64,000 nucleotides of DNA from Bigelowiella natans CCMP2755. Lineage: Eukaryota > Protista > Cercozoa. A program made the translations under genes and the position numbers. Shown piece after piece: positions 38,786-51,200 of this stretch (within the stretch, counting starts at the first letter, position 1; every line of letters begins with the position of its first letter). The stretch lies in contig ADNK01000002.1 in NCBI GenBank assembly GCA_000320545.1, forward strand, positions 1 to 64,000, written 5' to 3'. Below the pieces are notes generated by a model, which searched no databases, was not told where the DNA came from, and was given only the letters and a program-made list of their open reading frames with translations.

Positions 38786-39239
38786 GCTGGCTAGCTAGCG
38801 AACTGAACGTGACGCAGAAAGGTTTCTTTGTGCAGGCTAGCAGGGTGCAGGGGTGCGCGAACGATGATGGACACATCTGATATGGACATTGAAATTCATT
38901 GAATCGTTTTCAATGAACGTTTCAGCTCGAATGTTCCATTGATGGAAATGTTGTCCATCATCAGGTTCATTCATCGTTCATTGGGCCTGAGAGAGATTCG
39001 AGGAGCGTCATCGTTGTTGATTGGTGATGCCGTTTGTACTTTGCGACATATGATATTGTGATGTCTCAGGGCAGAAATCGGTCTATTGTGTTGTCAGTCA
39101 GTTAGTCGCGACATAGAGTAGTAAGTAATAACTGTCGTAGACAAGGGAGGGATAATAAGAAGAGGAGGAATCCGAAAGATTCAAGAATCGAATACGACCA
39201 GCGTACGAAGAGGAGGAGGAGGAGGACACTCGGAGGAAT

Positions 39240-40483
39240 ATGAAGGCGGACACAGTAGTCCACGTACTACGAAGGCGTGTGATCCTTTTGTAGGCTTGAG
39301 AGTGTCAAAAACCAACAAAGGAAGAGCTTAGAAATTTCCAAAGCAGTCTCTCATAGGAACCTCAGGCACGTCTCTGCATATCCCTTGAGGGATTTGATCA
39401 AGTGCGATTCTTCGAATCAAGAAAATAATTGAGTAGCTTCCTGATACGAACGAACGAACGAATCATGCAAAGCAATCAGGCTGCTGTCTCAACCGGTGAA
39501 AGGGAGATTGAGCCCTCTGAATTGATGACGAGCTACTCATTCAAAGACAGCGATCTAATTCCTGGTGTCGTCTAACAATCAACGATTCTTCACGAAATCG
39601 TTAGAATAATTTGTAATTGTTGATCAGAAAAACCACTGTCTAGACTCGATGTTCCGAGGAATAGATCAGTGTCAAGAAATCAAGAATCCTACATGTATTC
39701 ATTCATCAGAACTTATTATTATTAATACCACCTCTCAACAAAATCAATCCACACACTACATTCTGCAACTGCATTAGGTCTGAAAATACCATTGGAAATG
39801 ACTTGGATAAAAGTAGAGGGTATTTTCTTTCGTTTGAAACGTATTCATTGCTAGCTCATCGGAAACACCATTAAATTCTCCTCCAACAACATTTTTCAAA
39901 ACATGAAGCGGGACTTTAAATATGGGCTCGGTCTCAACGATTGACGTGCCAGATCAAGTACTACGAATGAGTTCAATAATCGTTGATTACAAATGAATGG
40001 TCATTGCATCTTGTAATGAGTCCTTACTACACGCAGATGATGGAATTAGATGATCCAGAAAATGGAAACGATGGTTTGAGGACCCCTCCACTTCAAACAC
40101 CACCGTACGTCGTAGAATTATATTTGCGGTGCAATTGATTGTTGAGCTGGATACTTCCTCTTTGTTAAATTGCAATGCGTCAATGAATGCTTCATTAGCT
40201 TGAGTAAGTTGTGCCGATTTAGATTGTATTTGAATAGTAATAATAATTTCACACAGTAATGAGCCGGAAGATATAGAAGCAGATCTTAAAATCATACTTT
40301 CAAAAAGAGCGTCGGTATTGGATCCATCTCAGGGTAGAAATAGTCATAGTGGACGTAGACTGCTGCTACTACTATGAACAAGTTATAATTATGAAATGTA
40401 AGCACAATATGTTTATCATATGATCTATCTAGATATCTACCACAAACATAAACATAAAACACACAGACACGTTTGTTCTTTTA

Positions 40484-40525
<42 letters not shown>

Positions 40526-43032
40526 ACATCCACACATATACAAATTTAAACAGATACTAATAATTATACAAACTTCCCAACAATCGAACAAAGTGATAGC
40601 ATATTCCACAGAACTTTTGCGTATTTGATTGCAAAGAGGATGAGATGAAGGTAACCCATGCGTGTTTGATTGCAAAGAGGAAGAGATAAAGTTGCTACTA
40701 GAAGACATGCCGGACTTGATTGACGATGAAGAAACTAAAGTGAACCAGGAAATGAAGGCATTTCGAGAGAGAAATGTTGAGAAAGCAAAAAATCTGCAAG
40801 ATGAAGTAAAGCAAGAATCTTTGAAGGAGCTTCAAGCTATGGAGGATGAAAGCTTAAACGCAAGGCTTAAGAGCATCGAGATTGCAAAAAGATTAAGTGA
40901 TGCAGCAAGGTAGTAATATCAACACGAGAGGCATACAAGTACAATAACAGTTGAATTGGAGAAAGGGAGAAGACTTGGGAATGCACAATAATACTGTGAT
41001 GATGGCAGGAAAGAAAGGGTGTCTGAAGAGAAAGATATTATTAAAATGTCAAACGAATATCGACGAAAAAGTATAATTGAAGCTATCGAGGCCGCAAATA
41101 CGGCAAGGTGTTTAGCATGGCTAGGTTTATTTGCGTAGAAGAAGAGGAAACACTGTATACAGGGTCTGTTGTTTCGGTTGTGATGAATGTGAATGATGTT
41201 GTGCAAAAGTAGTATCAACACAATATATAAGACGCTACTATAGGTTGGAATGACATTCCGTAGGAAAGGAAACACCTCAGTCTCTTTTCATGCCTTTATA
41301 CCTACTAATATTCATGGGCGGGATTCTGTTCACTGTCGCAGACGAGAAAGGAAAATGGAACATGTTAAGTGCGATGAAGAGAGTCGCAATGAGAGGAAAC
41401 TAAACCAAACAAAAGTGAAAGATCTGTATGAGTTAGCGAGGTAACTATTATAGTTAAAAACCTGAGAAAAAAACACTGTGAGTACCGTACCCCAAATCAT
41501 CATAGAGTGTTCAGCAAATAGCTAAAGTCAAATCGATACAGTGTTATGGTACCTTGCAAGTAATCTGATATAATATGACCGATGATGAATATTTCTTTTT
41601 TCTGGTATTTTTGATATTTTCGACACTAAAAAGGAATGAACGCTTAAGTGAAATCAAGAAAAACGGAATTGAAACCTTGAAGAGCAGACGTAATAGTATT
41701 CTCGAAGCTAAACGTCTCTATCAACAAGCTGTTATTGAGGTTGTACGTGTAATTTGTAGACAGTAAAGGGGAGAGATGCCTCATAAATTGGATAGTGAAG
41801 TAGAGCTGCTGCCGCAACATGTAATTATGATATCGATCTATGGCTACTGGTTCGGTTGGCTGCAGCTAATTGCTTCATACTCTCCGTTGATGTCGTCTCT
41901 TCTTTTGTCTTATCATCCCTTAGAACCAAGCTGAAAGAGAATATATCGACAGAGCTAATGCCAAAAATAGGTCAAACAGCATTGAGAAAGCCAAGAAACT
42001 TGCAGAAATAGCTCTGGAAGAAATAATTGTGGAACGAAAAAACGCAAGAAAAGCCGAACTTCAATATAAGGAATTATCAATAAAAAAGGCTATAGATGCT
42101 GTTTATACAGAACAAAGAAGACGAATAAATTCCCCGGTCAGTCAATCTCTTAGACATTTTTTCTGGAAAGAAGAAGAAGAAGAAGAAGAAGAAGAAGAAG
42201 AGGAAGAAAAAGAAGAAGGAGAAGAACGACAACCCTCTCAAATGTTGAGGATATGAATAAATATAAGGATATTTGGCTCAAATTTAGCTCTAAACCTAGT
42301 TATAACAGGAAGAAGAAAAGATTCGAAATAGGAGCGCTACATTCATTTGTGAGGAGGTAACAACATCTAAACATTATCCATCCATACGTTATCCATTTAC
42401 ACACATATCCATCAAAAATTAAAACAATATATCCAAGCAGGCACTTCGCTGCTATTAGTTACTGTGATGATTGAAACTTACTGTTCCTTATATGGATTGG
42501 CTAATACGGAGGAAGAGGAGGGGGAGGAAGAATCTTCAAAATAACAGATATGCAAAGCCTCATCACATTTATTGATAAAAAAAGGTTAACAGATTATTGG
42601 AACACGTCACCACTACAACTACTACTACTACTACTACCGTTGTCAATAATGACGACGAGGACCCTGCTGCTGAAAGCTGCATAAAATCGTCTGATGTACC
42701 TGTATCAGTGAAAATACTTCTCGAGGTATACATCATATCGTAGTTGATCAACACAAAAAAAAATTAAAACAATTGAGCTATTTACATCTACACCAATCTA
42801 AAAATAATTTCTTATTCTCCTTACGTTTCCTGACCAGATGTTGCTCTGAGCTCTGTCAATTTCAATACTTTTCCCATACTCTTCATCACCACGTCATCGT
42901 AAATCGTTTTTCTTATATCTTGTCATTTGCACAAAGACCTCGAAGAAACTTCCAATGTCACCTCGGAAATTCAAATACAAATTCGGTATTACAGTTACAT
43001 ATGAACACATTCACACATACCCACGCGCGTAT

Positions 43033-43125
<93 letters not shown>

Positions 43126-43355
43126 CACAGTTTCTTCTAAAACTACTGACTTTGGTTCTCGTATAGTATTCTAGATTCTTACACGTTCTAACCTCCCGTA
43201 TTGGAAAGAAATAATATTTTGATCATAATGGTGTTTGTAAAGCTACGGGGAGTCCAAAAAGTAACGAAGATGAAAAGGGGAAGATAACAGATAGTAACAA
43301 TGCTGACGATAATTTAGACATGGATTCGTTGTGGGACGATAAGGTTGTATTCTAG
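39240..43355 (+). CDS. Hypothetical coiled-coil protein, multi-exon (start uncertain)
   Basis: E/K/R-rich helical exons near 40670-40910, 41340-41440, 41630-41740 and 41925-42135; acidic last exon ends ..DSLWDDKVVF with TAG at 43353-43355. Confidence 0.55.
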
Positions 43356-44029
43356 ATGATGTGCAATGCGTTTAATCTATATTTCAGATTCTCTTTTTCC
43401 TGTGCAACCATGACGCGCTGCTACTTGAACACTAATATTCAACGACTGTCTCTTAATGCTGGTGATGTTTCCAGATTGACACTTCCAGTCTTCCGCCTTC
43501 AGTATGCCCCGATGACATCGTGCAAGATAGGATGAATCAATACTTACATGATGACGAAGATGTACCTGGACACCCAACGCTCCCCATGTAGGTTTCAATT
43601 TGGAGTAGTCATTTTCAAATTAACCCACACATACACATATATAAATAGATAAATATAATTTGTGGAGTTTCCATTTGAGGCAAACGACCACTACGATTTT
43701 GCACGGAGCAATGACATTGCAATTGGAGTTGTTGCCACTTTTGACATTTTTTTTTGTTGTTCAAAAAATCTGAAATTCAGGCCACTTCCACGCGTCTGCA
43801 AGAGAGGATGTGCCGTGTTTTTTTTCCGATGAAAGTGTGCTTAACTTTGAGGTGCCATTATAGACATGAGAGGGTTACATGGTTTTTGAGGCAAACTAGC
43901 AAAGTTACGTGACCTAATCAAGTAGCCACATGACCTGATCTCCAAAAGCCACGTGGTTCACACATGTGATGCAACATGCACATGCATTCCATGCATGTGA
44001 CATTGCTGTGTCTATCATTGACAGCTACA

Positions 44030-45110
44030 GAGCTGGATGCATGAGTTGTGCCCAACAGTGCACATCATTTGCCATTTGACACATCAACCTGGTGCTGAGG
44101 CCACCGCCATGCTTGCATGATGGACGTGTGATGCGCATCAGGACTAGAGAAGAGCACACACGCAGCACACACATTGCTGAAAGCATCGCCGCAGATTCTT
44201 GCAGTTGCAATGCCAGAATGTGCTGCAGCACTTTCATCTCATTTCTGGCACTTTGTGTGACACAGACTTTCTGCAACACTGTGGATTGTGTCGCTCCACA
44301 TCGCGTCGTGAATGAACGAACAAGCAATGCAAAATTCCAAGGCGCTGCAGCCAAACAAAGGTTGAACATTGTCCTTCATGTTGATGCTCCCATGTTCGCG
44401 CAAGTTTGACATGCATGCAGTCGACATGTGAGCGAGCATGGACTGAGGAAATTGGCAAATTGACTGTGCACGTTGTGGCAGGTGAAGCGGCACAGGTGCG
44501 ACAAGCATTGCCGTGACGCTTCAGCCTGCCGCGACAAGGAATGCACACGCATGTCGCGCGACAAGGCTGGTCCTTGTCGCGGCCTAGAAACCCAATGCAA
44601 TTGCATGTGACTGATGACAAGCTTGACATCTGTCAAGGGGCGGTCAAGCTCTTGCACGATGTCATCACAGTTCAACCTGAACACCGCTGCCCACTCGTTT
44701 GCCACCTTTTGCTCACTGCGCGCACATCGCACCGCACCCAGCCCCTCAATTGTGGACACGATCTCAATGCTTCACATCGGTGCTGCTCTGACTGCACGCA
44801 CACGCGAGAACCACGTGGGAGACAAGCGCTTCCATCACGTGCGTGCAGCAGCGCCTGCAAGCAAAAACTCTTTGCGCGAGGACTTCTGGAACTTCACAGC
44901 ATGACAACACCCTGCCAATGCTGATGTGTCATGATGGACACAGCAACAGCATGTCCATCATTGTTGCCAAAACTCAGCCAAGCAGAGTGATTGGTTTGAC
45001 GGAGCACGTGCACCAGCTGACAAGTGGAGCCATTGCGAATCGAAGAGGGACGCATTCAAGATTCAAGATTCGTGTTCGTTCGACCACTTGAAGTTCATCA
45101 AACAAACGTG
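44030..45110 (-). pseudogene. Decayed, hypermutated retroelement-like remnant
   Basis: Tyr-free, Cys/His-rich frames. Segment KEFLLAGAAA..KRLSPTWFSR (~44800-44880) resembles the sequence flanking the Gypsy insertion (46650-46680 and 52396 onward). Family not identified. Confidence 0.4.
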
Positions 45111-45129
45111 ATGACAGACTGGCCTGACT

Positions 45130-45710
45130 TGGGAACAATGAGAACAATGATGAAAAACTGCACTTTCAAAGTGTGACAAGACACTTGCAGTGTGTCGAAC
45201 TGGCTTCAGTGAGGACTGAAAACTGAGCCTCGAACTGACTTTGGTGGGCTGGTGAGAACTGACCAGTGAAACAAAAAGGAATGAAGAATGGCATCACTCC
45301 AGCCACTCCTCCTCCATTCCTAGCTTCATTGTCTTTTGTGCCTGATCTCGGGAACAATGAACAATGATGAACAATGAACAATGAACAATGATGACGAACC
45401 ACACTTCCAAAGTGTTGCAAGACGTTTGCAGTGATCGAAGTGCAGTGCCTCGAACTGGCTTCAGTGAGGACTGTGACCAGCAAATCAACTGGCTGGTTTT
45501 TCAAGTTGGCATGATTTGGTCATTGTGTTGCAATGACACTGTGAACAATGAACAATGATGACGAACTGCGTTCCAAAACGTTGCAAGACACTTGCAGTGA
45601 TCGAAATGCAGTGCCTCGAACTGGCTTCAGTGAGGACTGTGACTGGCGGCAAATCAACTGGCTGGTTTTTCAAGTTGGCATGATTTGGTCATTGTGTTGC
45701 AATGACACTG
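45130..45710. repeat. Diverged ~180-bp tandem repeat with AACAATG runs
   Basis: Units share CTTGCAGTG..TCGAACTGGCTTCAGTGAGGACTG and CAAATCAACTGGCTGGTTTTTCAAGTTGGC; partial copies at 52500-52600. Confidence 0.85.
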
Positions 45711-46560
45711 GCGGCAAAGTTCTGACGGCGCAAGACCTCCACTCTGAGCAAAAACTTCCTGAAGGCCATGTCCACACGACGATCTGCGTTTGGATCATCC
45801 GAGGGGGGCCCCAGCAAAACTTTGGTTTTGGCAGAGTCCGGAGCGTCAAAGAGTGAAGAGCAGAAGGAAGAATCTGGGCCCAGAGCCAATCTCATGCGCG
45901 AGAGAAGTTTGTTTCTCTCTGCATTCAAGTGAGTGCAATGATGGATGAGGTGGTTGACAGTTTGAACAACCTCAGCATTGCAAAGAGGACAAACTGAGGA
46001 AGAGGGGGGCAGGTTGCAAGTTTCAGCCCTGCGTTCTTCAGTTTCGCAAGTCCCAGCGCGGAGCCGGAGTTTGAGCAACACTCCTGAATTGTCATGCCAA
46101 TCATCGAGATGACACTCAAACAATCTGGAAGCTGGCCTTCCAATGTGGCTCTTCGCCCAGGCTCTGAGTTTGCAGATTGGGGTGTCGGGTTTGACGAACG
46201 AGCAAAAGCTGTGACACAAGTTGCCATTGGAGGACAGAGAGGCCCTGACTCTTCGGTGGAGGTCAAGATCAACCAATTTTGGATGGGTCTGGTCCAAGTT
46301 GACCAACACGTCAAAGCCACGGGCAGATTGGCCACAACCAGCAATGCGGTGAAGAATGGACCCAGTGTTGTGACCCCAACTTGAGCGCAGAGCGTCAGCC
46401 TGATCCAGAGAAAGGTGCAGTGGATCCTTTGTCATGAATTCATCAGGTTGCTGACGCATCCTGCTCAGGAGGCTCATGAGAGACTTGTCCCAACGGGCCT
46501 GCAGACCTTCCTGGCCACACTCAGACAATGGGAAGCACAGGGGTTGGCCATGGGCTCGAA
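45710..46560 (-). pseudogene. 3' part of a decayed non-LTR (LINE) ORF2
   Basis: Post-RT-like segment SECGQEGLQARWD..., KLRLRAG and CCHC finger CPLCNAEVVQTVNHLIHHC; no Tyr in 311 codons. Confidence 0.7.
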
Positions 46561-46680
46561 TTCTGATGAACAATGAACAATGAACAATGAACAATGATGA
46601 TGATGAACAATGAACAATGAACAATGAAGAAAGCGTTGATCAAAACCACGTGCGCCAGAACCACATGGGAGACAGGCATT

Positions 46681-47006
46681 TGTAGCGCGTACCACTACGC
46701 GGGCACAAGTCACGTGCGACAACAAAGGGGTTGTCGCGGATATAGAATATAGATAACGTAGATATTAATACAGCATAGGCACGTGGGTTCCGGCGGGACT
46801 CATGGCAGCACACCGGAAGTGTGCTGCCCCACGTGCGGCGGCATTCGCGAAAGCTTCGCGAATGATTACGCAGTGCACGATTTAATAAAAATATAATCTT
46901 TAATAAAAATAAACACAACTCTTCAAAAGGAAGCAAACGTGCCTTTCCCCCCCCCTGCCTACTTGTGCACGTAGCGCCTCGGCCTGTGAACACCTTACGC
47001 GCAACA
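46681..47006 (+). repeat. Gypsy 5' LTR
   Basis: TGTAGCGCG...CGCGCAACA; identical to 52070-52395 by eye. Confidence 0.95.
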
Positions 47007-47045
47007 ACCTTTGGCTTCCACACACGGGAAACGATTTGACTAACA

Positions 47046-48227
47046 ATGTCACAGCAGCTAGAAGAACAGCAGGACTTTGGCTCGCAGGCCGTGCAAGGGC
47101 ACGAGCAGAAACAGGAAAGGAAGGGCGATACGGACGCTAAGGAAGGAGGAGGAACACCTCCACAGGCACCGCCGGGACCAGCACCCGGGATTAAGAAAGC
47201 AGATGCAGCAGCAGAGGCACTGGAGAACTTCTACGAGGCGGACGACGAGGACGTGGCCGCCGAAAGCAAGAAGGTCGTAATGGCATTACGAGCCTTGCGA
47301 CCCAGGGCGAGCAACTACGCCAAACTGAAAGTATCGATAGAATACAAGTATCAGACACATGATGTTTGGGCAGCTATCATGCAGGACATCATGGATTACG
47401 AAGCAGACTTACCTCCAGAGTGGGCAGCTTTGTTTAGGAACGACGGGGGTCTGGGCGCCTCGCGGGGGACGACCCAGAGCACCGTCAAGCAGCAGCAGCC
47501 GGTACAGCGGAACACCCAGTTCATGTCTGTTAAAACAGCACCGGTTATGATAACGAAATACAACGGGAAAAGAGGTGAGGCAAGGAGGTGGTGGAAGAAC
47601 GCTAGGAGTATACTCTGCGACTTTACCCCTAACCCCACCGAAAACGACAAGCTCAAATGGCTAGCTATAATAAAGCAAGCCATGGACCTTTACGAGACAG
47701 GCAGGACCCGGATCAGGCAGCTAGAGAAAATACACACTACAGTTAGTGGGCTACGAGACGTTGAGGCGATAATGAAGGCTTTTGTAAATGAACAGGATGC
47801 TAACTCCCTACCCCAGGCTATTAGAAAATACAGAGCAATGATGCAGCATGAGAGAGAACCTGTTAGAGACTTTGCCACGCGCTTCCAGGATATGATCGAC
47901 GAACTACATGATTTTAATTACAACACAGGTGATGATCAGGCAAGGTTTGAAGAGTTCAAGTTAAAGATAAAGGAATCCACTTACGTTACGGAGAAAGGCT
48001 ACACCACGATGGAGGCAGCAGTGCAGGCTATATCCCTACGCGAGCAGGAGCAGGACCGCAAGTTTACCAGCCCTAAGGTACCTGGCATAGGAAACATTAA
48101 CGCTATTAAGCCGCAGCGAGACTGGTACAAGGACAGGGAAGGTAACCGACGTTGCGGATACTGCTCACGTAAAGGGAAACACACCGCTAAGACTGCAGAG
48201 ACAGGAAAGAAGGACGACCCAGGATGA
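47046..48227 (+). CDS. gag: Gypsy Gag
   Basis: Capsid-like MHR-type segment QHEREPVRDFATRF; partial Zn knuckle CGYC..H near the end. Confidence 0.85.
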   Translation: MSQQLEEQQDFGSQAVQGHEQKQERKGDTDAKEGGGTPPQAPPGPAPGIKKADAAAEALENFYEADDEDVAAESKKVVMALRALRPRASNYAKLKVSIEYKYQTHDVWAAIMQDIMDYEADLPPEWAALFRNDGGLGASRGTTQSTVKQQQPVQRNTQFMSVKTAPVMITKYNGKRGEARRWWKNARSILCDFTPNPTENDKLKWLAIIKQAMDLYETGRTRIRQLEKIHTTVSGLRDVEAIMKAFVNEQDANSLPQAIRKYRAMMQHEREPVRDFATRFQDMIDELHDFNYNTGDDQARFEEFKLKIKESTYVTEKGYTTMEAAVQAISLREQEQDRKFTSPKVPGIGNINAIKPQRDWYKDREGNRRCGYCSRKGKHTAKTAETGKKDDPG

Positions 48228-51200
48228 CGATCAGGCAGCTCAACGAACACTACGAGAAGTTAAAGAGAAAGAAAGGCAGAGGACAAGGATATAACAACAG
48301 CAAATGGCAAGGCAGCAACAACGGGAAGAACAATAAATATAAGAACAAAAAGCAGAACAGTATCAATGCTATACAGCAGCAGATAAACGGAATATTAGAT
48401 CACCTTAAGCAGGCGCCGACGAAGACAGCAGTACCAGCAACGCAGGACCAAGACAAGCCCATGACCCTAGACGACATAAAGAACTTAGGAGTATGCAACA
48501 TTAATGACGAAGACGCTAACAGGACTATCAAAGTTGCTATGACCAAGGTTAAAGTTAAAGACAGCTACGGAGACTACAAGAAACTACCTGCCCTTTGGGA
48601 TAGTGGCAGCATGCCGAAGTCCTTCATAAGCCTAAGCACAGTAAGAAGGTTAGGACTATTGGATCAAGTGACTAAGAAAGAACGTAAATATGCTCAAGCA
48701 GACGGAAGCTCTTCCATGAAGACCGTCGGTGAGCTAATGCTAAAGCTACAGATACCTGGCAGCGACGCGGAGACCCAAATCAAGACCCGAGTAGCCATGA
48801 CTTTATCCATGGAACTACTCCTCGGACAGGATGCCCTAGAAAAATTAGGGGGGATCATATCATTCTACAATCACAAGATATACTTTGCTAAGTTGCCAAA
48901 GAAGTCAGGCAGGACCATCAGCCAGAACATGATACGGCTTGACGAGTGGACCTCTGAGTCAAGCGTTAATGCGTTAGAGTTTATGGACCTAGCGGACAAC
49001 AAGCTACCTACACCTACCGAGCTACGGAAGAAGAACCCCGGCAAGACCATCCGACAGATAACGGAGCTACTGGACAAGACCCCCCCAGCTGATGATTGGG
49101 ATATCGACAAAGGCAAAAAGTACATTAATAAAATATTAAACGAGAAGTACTCTGACATCACCAAGCCGACGACGAAGCCCTCCAGCAAGCTTACCCCAGT
49201 AAAGATCGAGCTAAAGAAGGGATACGAAGAGTGCATCATCAATGACCCAGAACATAGGCGACCGGAAGCGGACTGGGAAAAGATAGAGTGGCAGATCAAT
49301 GAATGGGCAAAGGAAGGGAAGATAGAGCCAAGCAACTCACCATGGAACGTGAGACATGTGCTAGCTAAGAAACCTACTTACCCTTTCTTCCGCCTGGCGC
49401 ACAACTTCATCCGCCACAACCGAGTAATAAAGAGGATCCAGACACCTACACCAAGGATAGATGACGTTATTGAACACGTCATAGGATACAAATACTACTC
49501 TTCCCTAGATAAAAATGAATCATACATGCAGACACCCATCCACAAAACCTCCCGCCCCATTACCGCGTTCTCCAGCAGGCACAGGAAGTGGCACTTCGTC
49601 GTATTCCCTTACGGCCTAAGCATATCAGGGGATGCGTTCAGTAGTCAGAACTACAGGGCATACACACATGATGGGATGGCGTCTGTGTTGTGGGTGTTTG
49701 TGTTTGTGTATGTGGATGATGACATAATATGTACCAACACAGTCGTCGCTCAGATCTTCCTCCTGGAAAATATATTTATTAGGTTTGCACACTTCGGTTT
49801 TACTATTAGACTGCAGAAGTGTACATTCCTAGCTACAAGAATCAAGTGGTGTGGATATTACCTGGAGCAAGGCCGCATCACCCCAAACCCCGAGAAAGTA
49901 GCAGCACTACAGCAAGCCCCTAAACCTAAGAATGCAAAGGAGTTAAAGTCATTCTTGCAGACTGCAGCTTGGATACTACGTAGGTTCTCCCCTACCTACG
50001 CTAGGACTGCAGCTGCTTTTACTACTGCTTACCGGAAGGAGAACTCTGTAGGCCTCAGCTTCGCTAAGGTGTGGGCCAAGGCTGGCCTTGATGCCCACTT
50101 CGATAACCTAATAAAGTTATGCAGCAACACCCTATTGAATGCTAAGCTAGACACTACTAGACCAGCTACCCTATGGACAGACTGGTCTAAGCTAGGTATG
50201 GCTGCTGTACTTACCCAAGACCAGCAGATCATACGGGTGTGGGGCAGGGCCTGCACAGCAGCTGAGGCCAAGTACAGCCCTACAAAAGGAGAGTATAAAG
50301 CCATGACTGAGGCGCAGAGGAAACTAAGATACTACCTGCTGTCGGTGCCCAGCTTCACCTTAATGACTGACCACAAGCCCCTCCTAGGCATCGACCGCAA
50401 GCTCGAAGCGCCTAACGATGAGTATGCAGCTATGAGGGCGGACACGGAAGAGTTTAGGGACAAGAGGACAGTGGTCTACGCACCAGGAGACAAGCAGCTT
50501 GCTGACTATTTCAGCAGGCTGTTCGAAAAGAAAGTCCCTACCCAGGTCACCCCTAGGGTTAACGCGATTACCTTCGAGGACGGCGACTTCCTGCCTGAGC
50601 CAGAGGAGCTCCAGCACCTTCAAGAACACCTGGATAAATACAAACACAAGCATGAGGTACTTAGTGATAGGATATATGTATACACTAATAATGTTAGGCG
50701 TACCTACGTGCCACGGCGGACCAGGGGAGCCCTTCTCTTTACCGCCCATGGACCTGCACACGTAGGAGAAAACCATATCACTGCTCTACTCTACCATTAC
50801 TACTGGCCCTACAAGCTAAAAGAGATAAGGACATACCTGCGTGGCTGCAGGTGCTCCAGCTTGAAGGCGGCAGGCGTCGCCACCAAGGAGTCCAGCAAGA
50901 GCCGTGCATCTAAGAAAATCAAAGCAAGGAACTTCTTAGATATCGTGCAAATTGATGTTTATAAGTACGATGGCTATCACTACCTTACCTTCGTTGATGT
51001 GGCCACTGGAAAGTGCTGGGTTAAAAAGATTATCAAGGTCAACGTTGCTAAGAAGAACAAAGGCTTATATAAGCAGAGGCTTACTAACTGCTACCGTACC
51101 TGGGAGTCTGAGCTCCAGGCTATCCCTGATGAAGTTAGCATAAACAAGATACCAAAGAAGTTACATGTGGATAATGAGACCTCTCTTCTACAGCTACCAC

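Noticed and set aside
37022-38876. Dense overlapping Cys/His-rich ORFs in all frames (also 44025-45856 and 16931-17707)
   Set aside because: By-product of TA loss removing TAA/TAG stops, plus (TG)n runs; no domain motifs apart from the LINE remnant.
44030-46680. Classical RIP or 5mC deamination as the cause of the TG/CA excess
   Set aside because: CpG remains abundant and TA is lost rather than gained.
48174-48180. GGGAAAC as a -1 slippery heptamer
   Set aside because: Out of register with the gag frame, and the -1 frame has TAA at 48188-48190.
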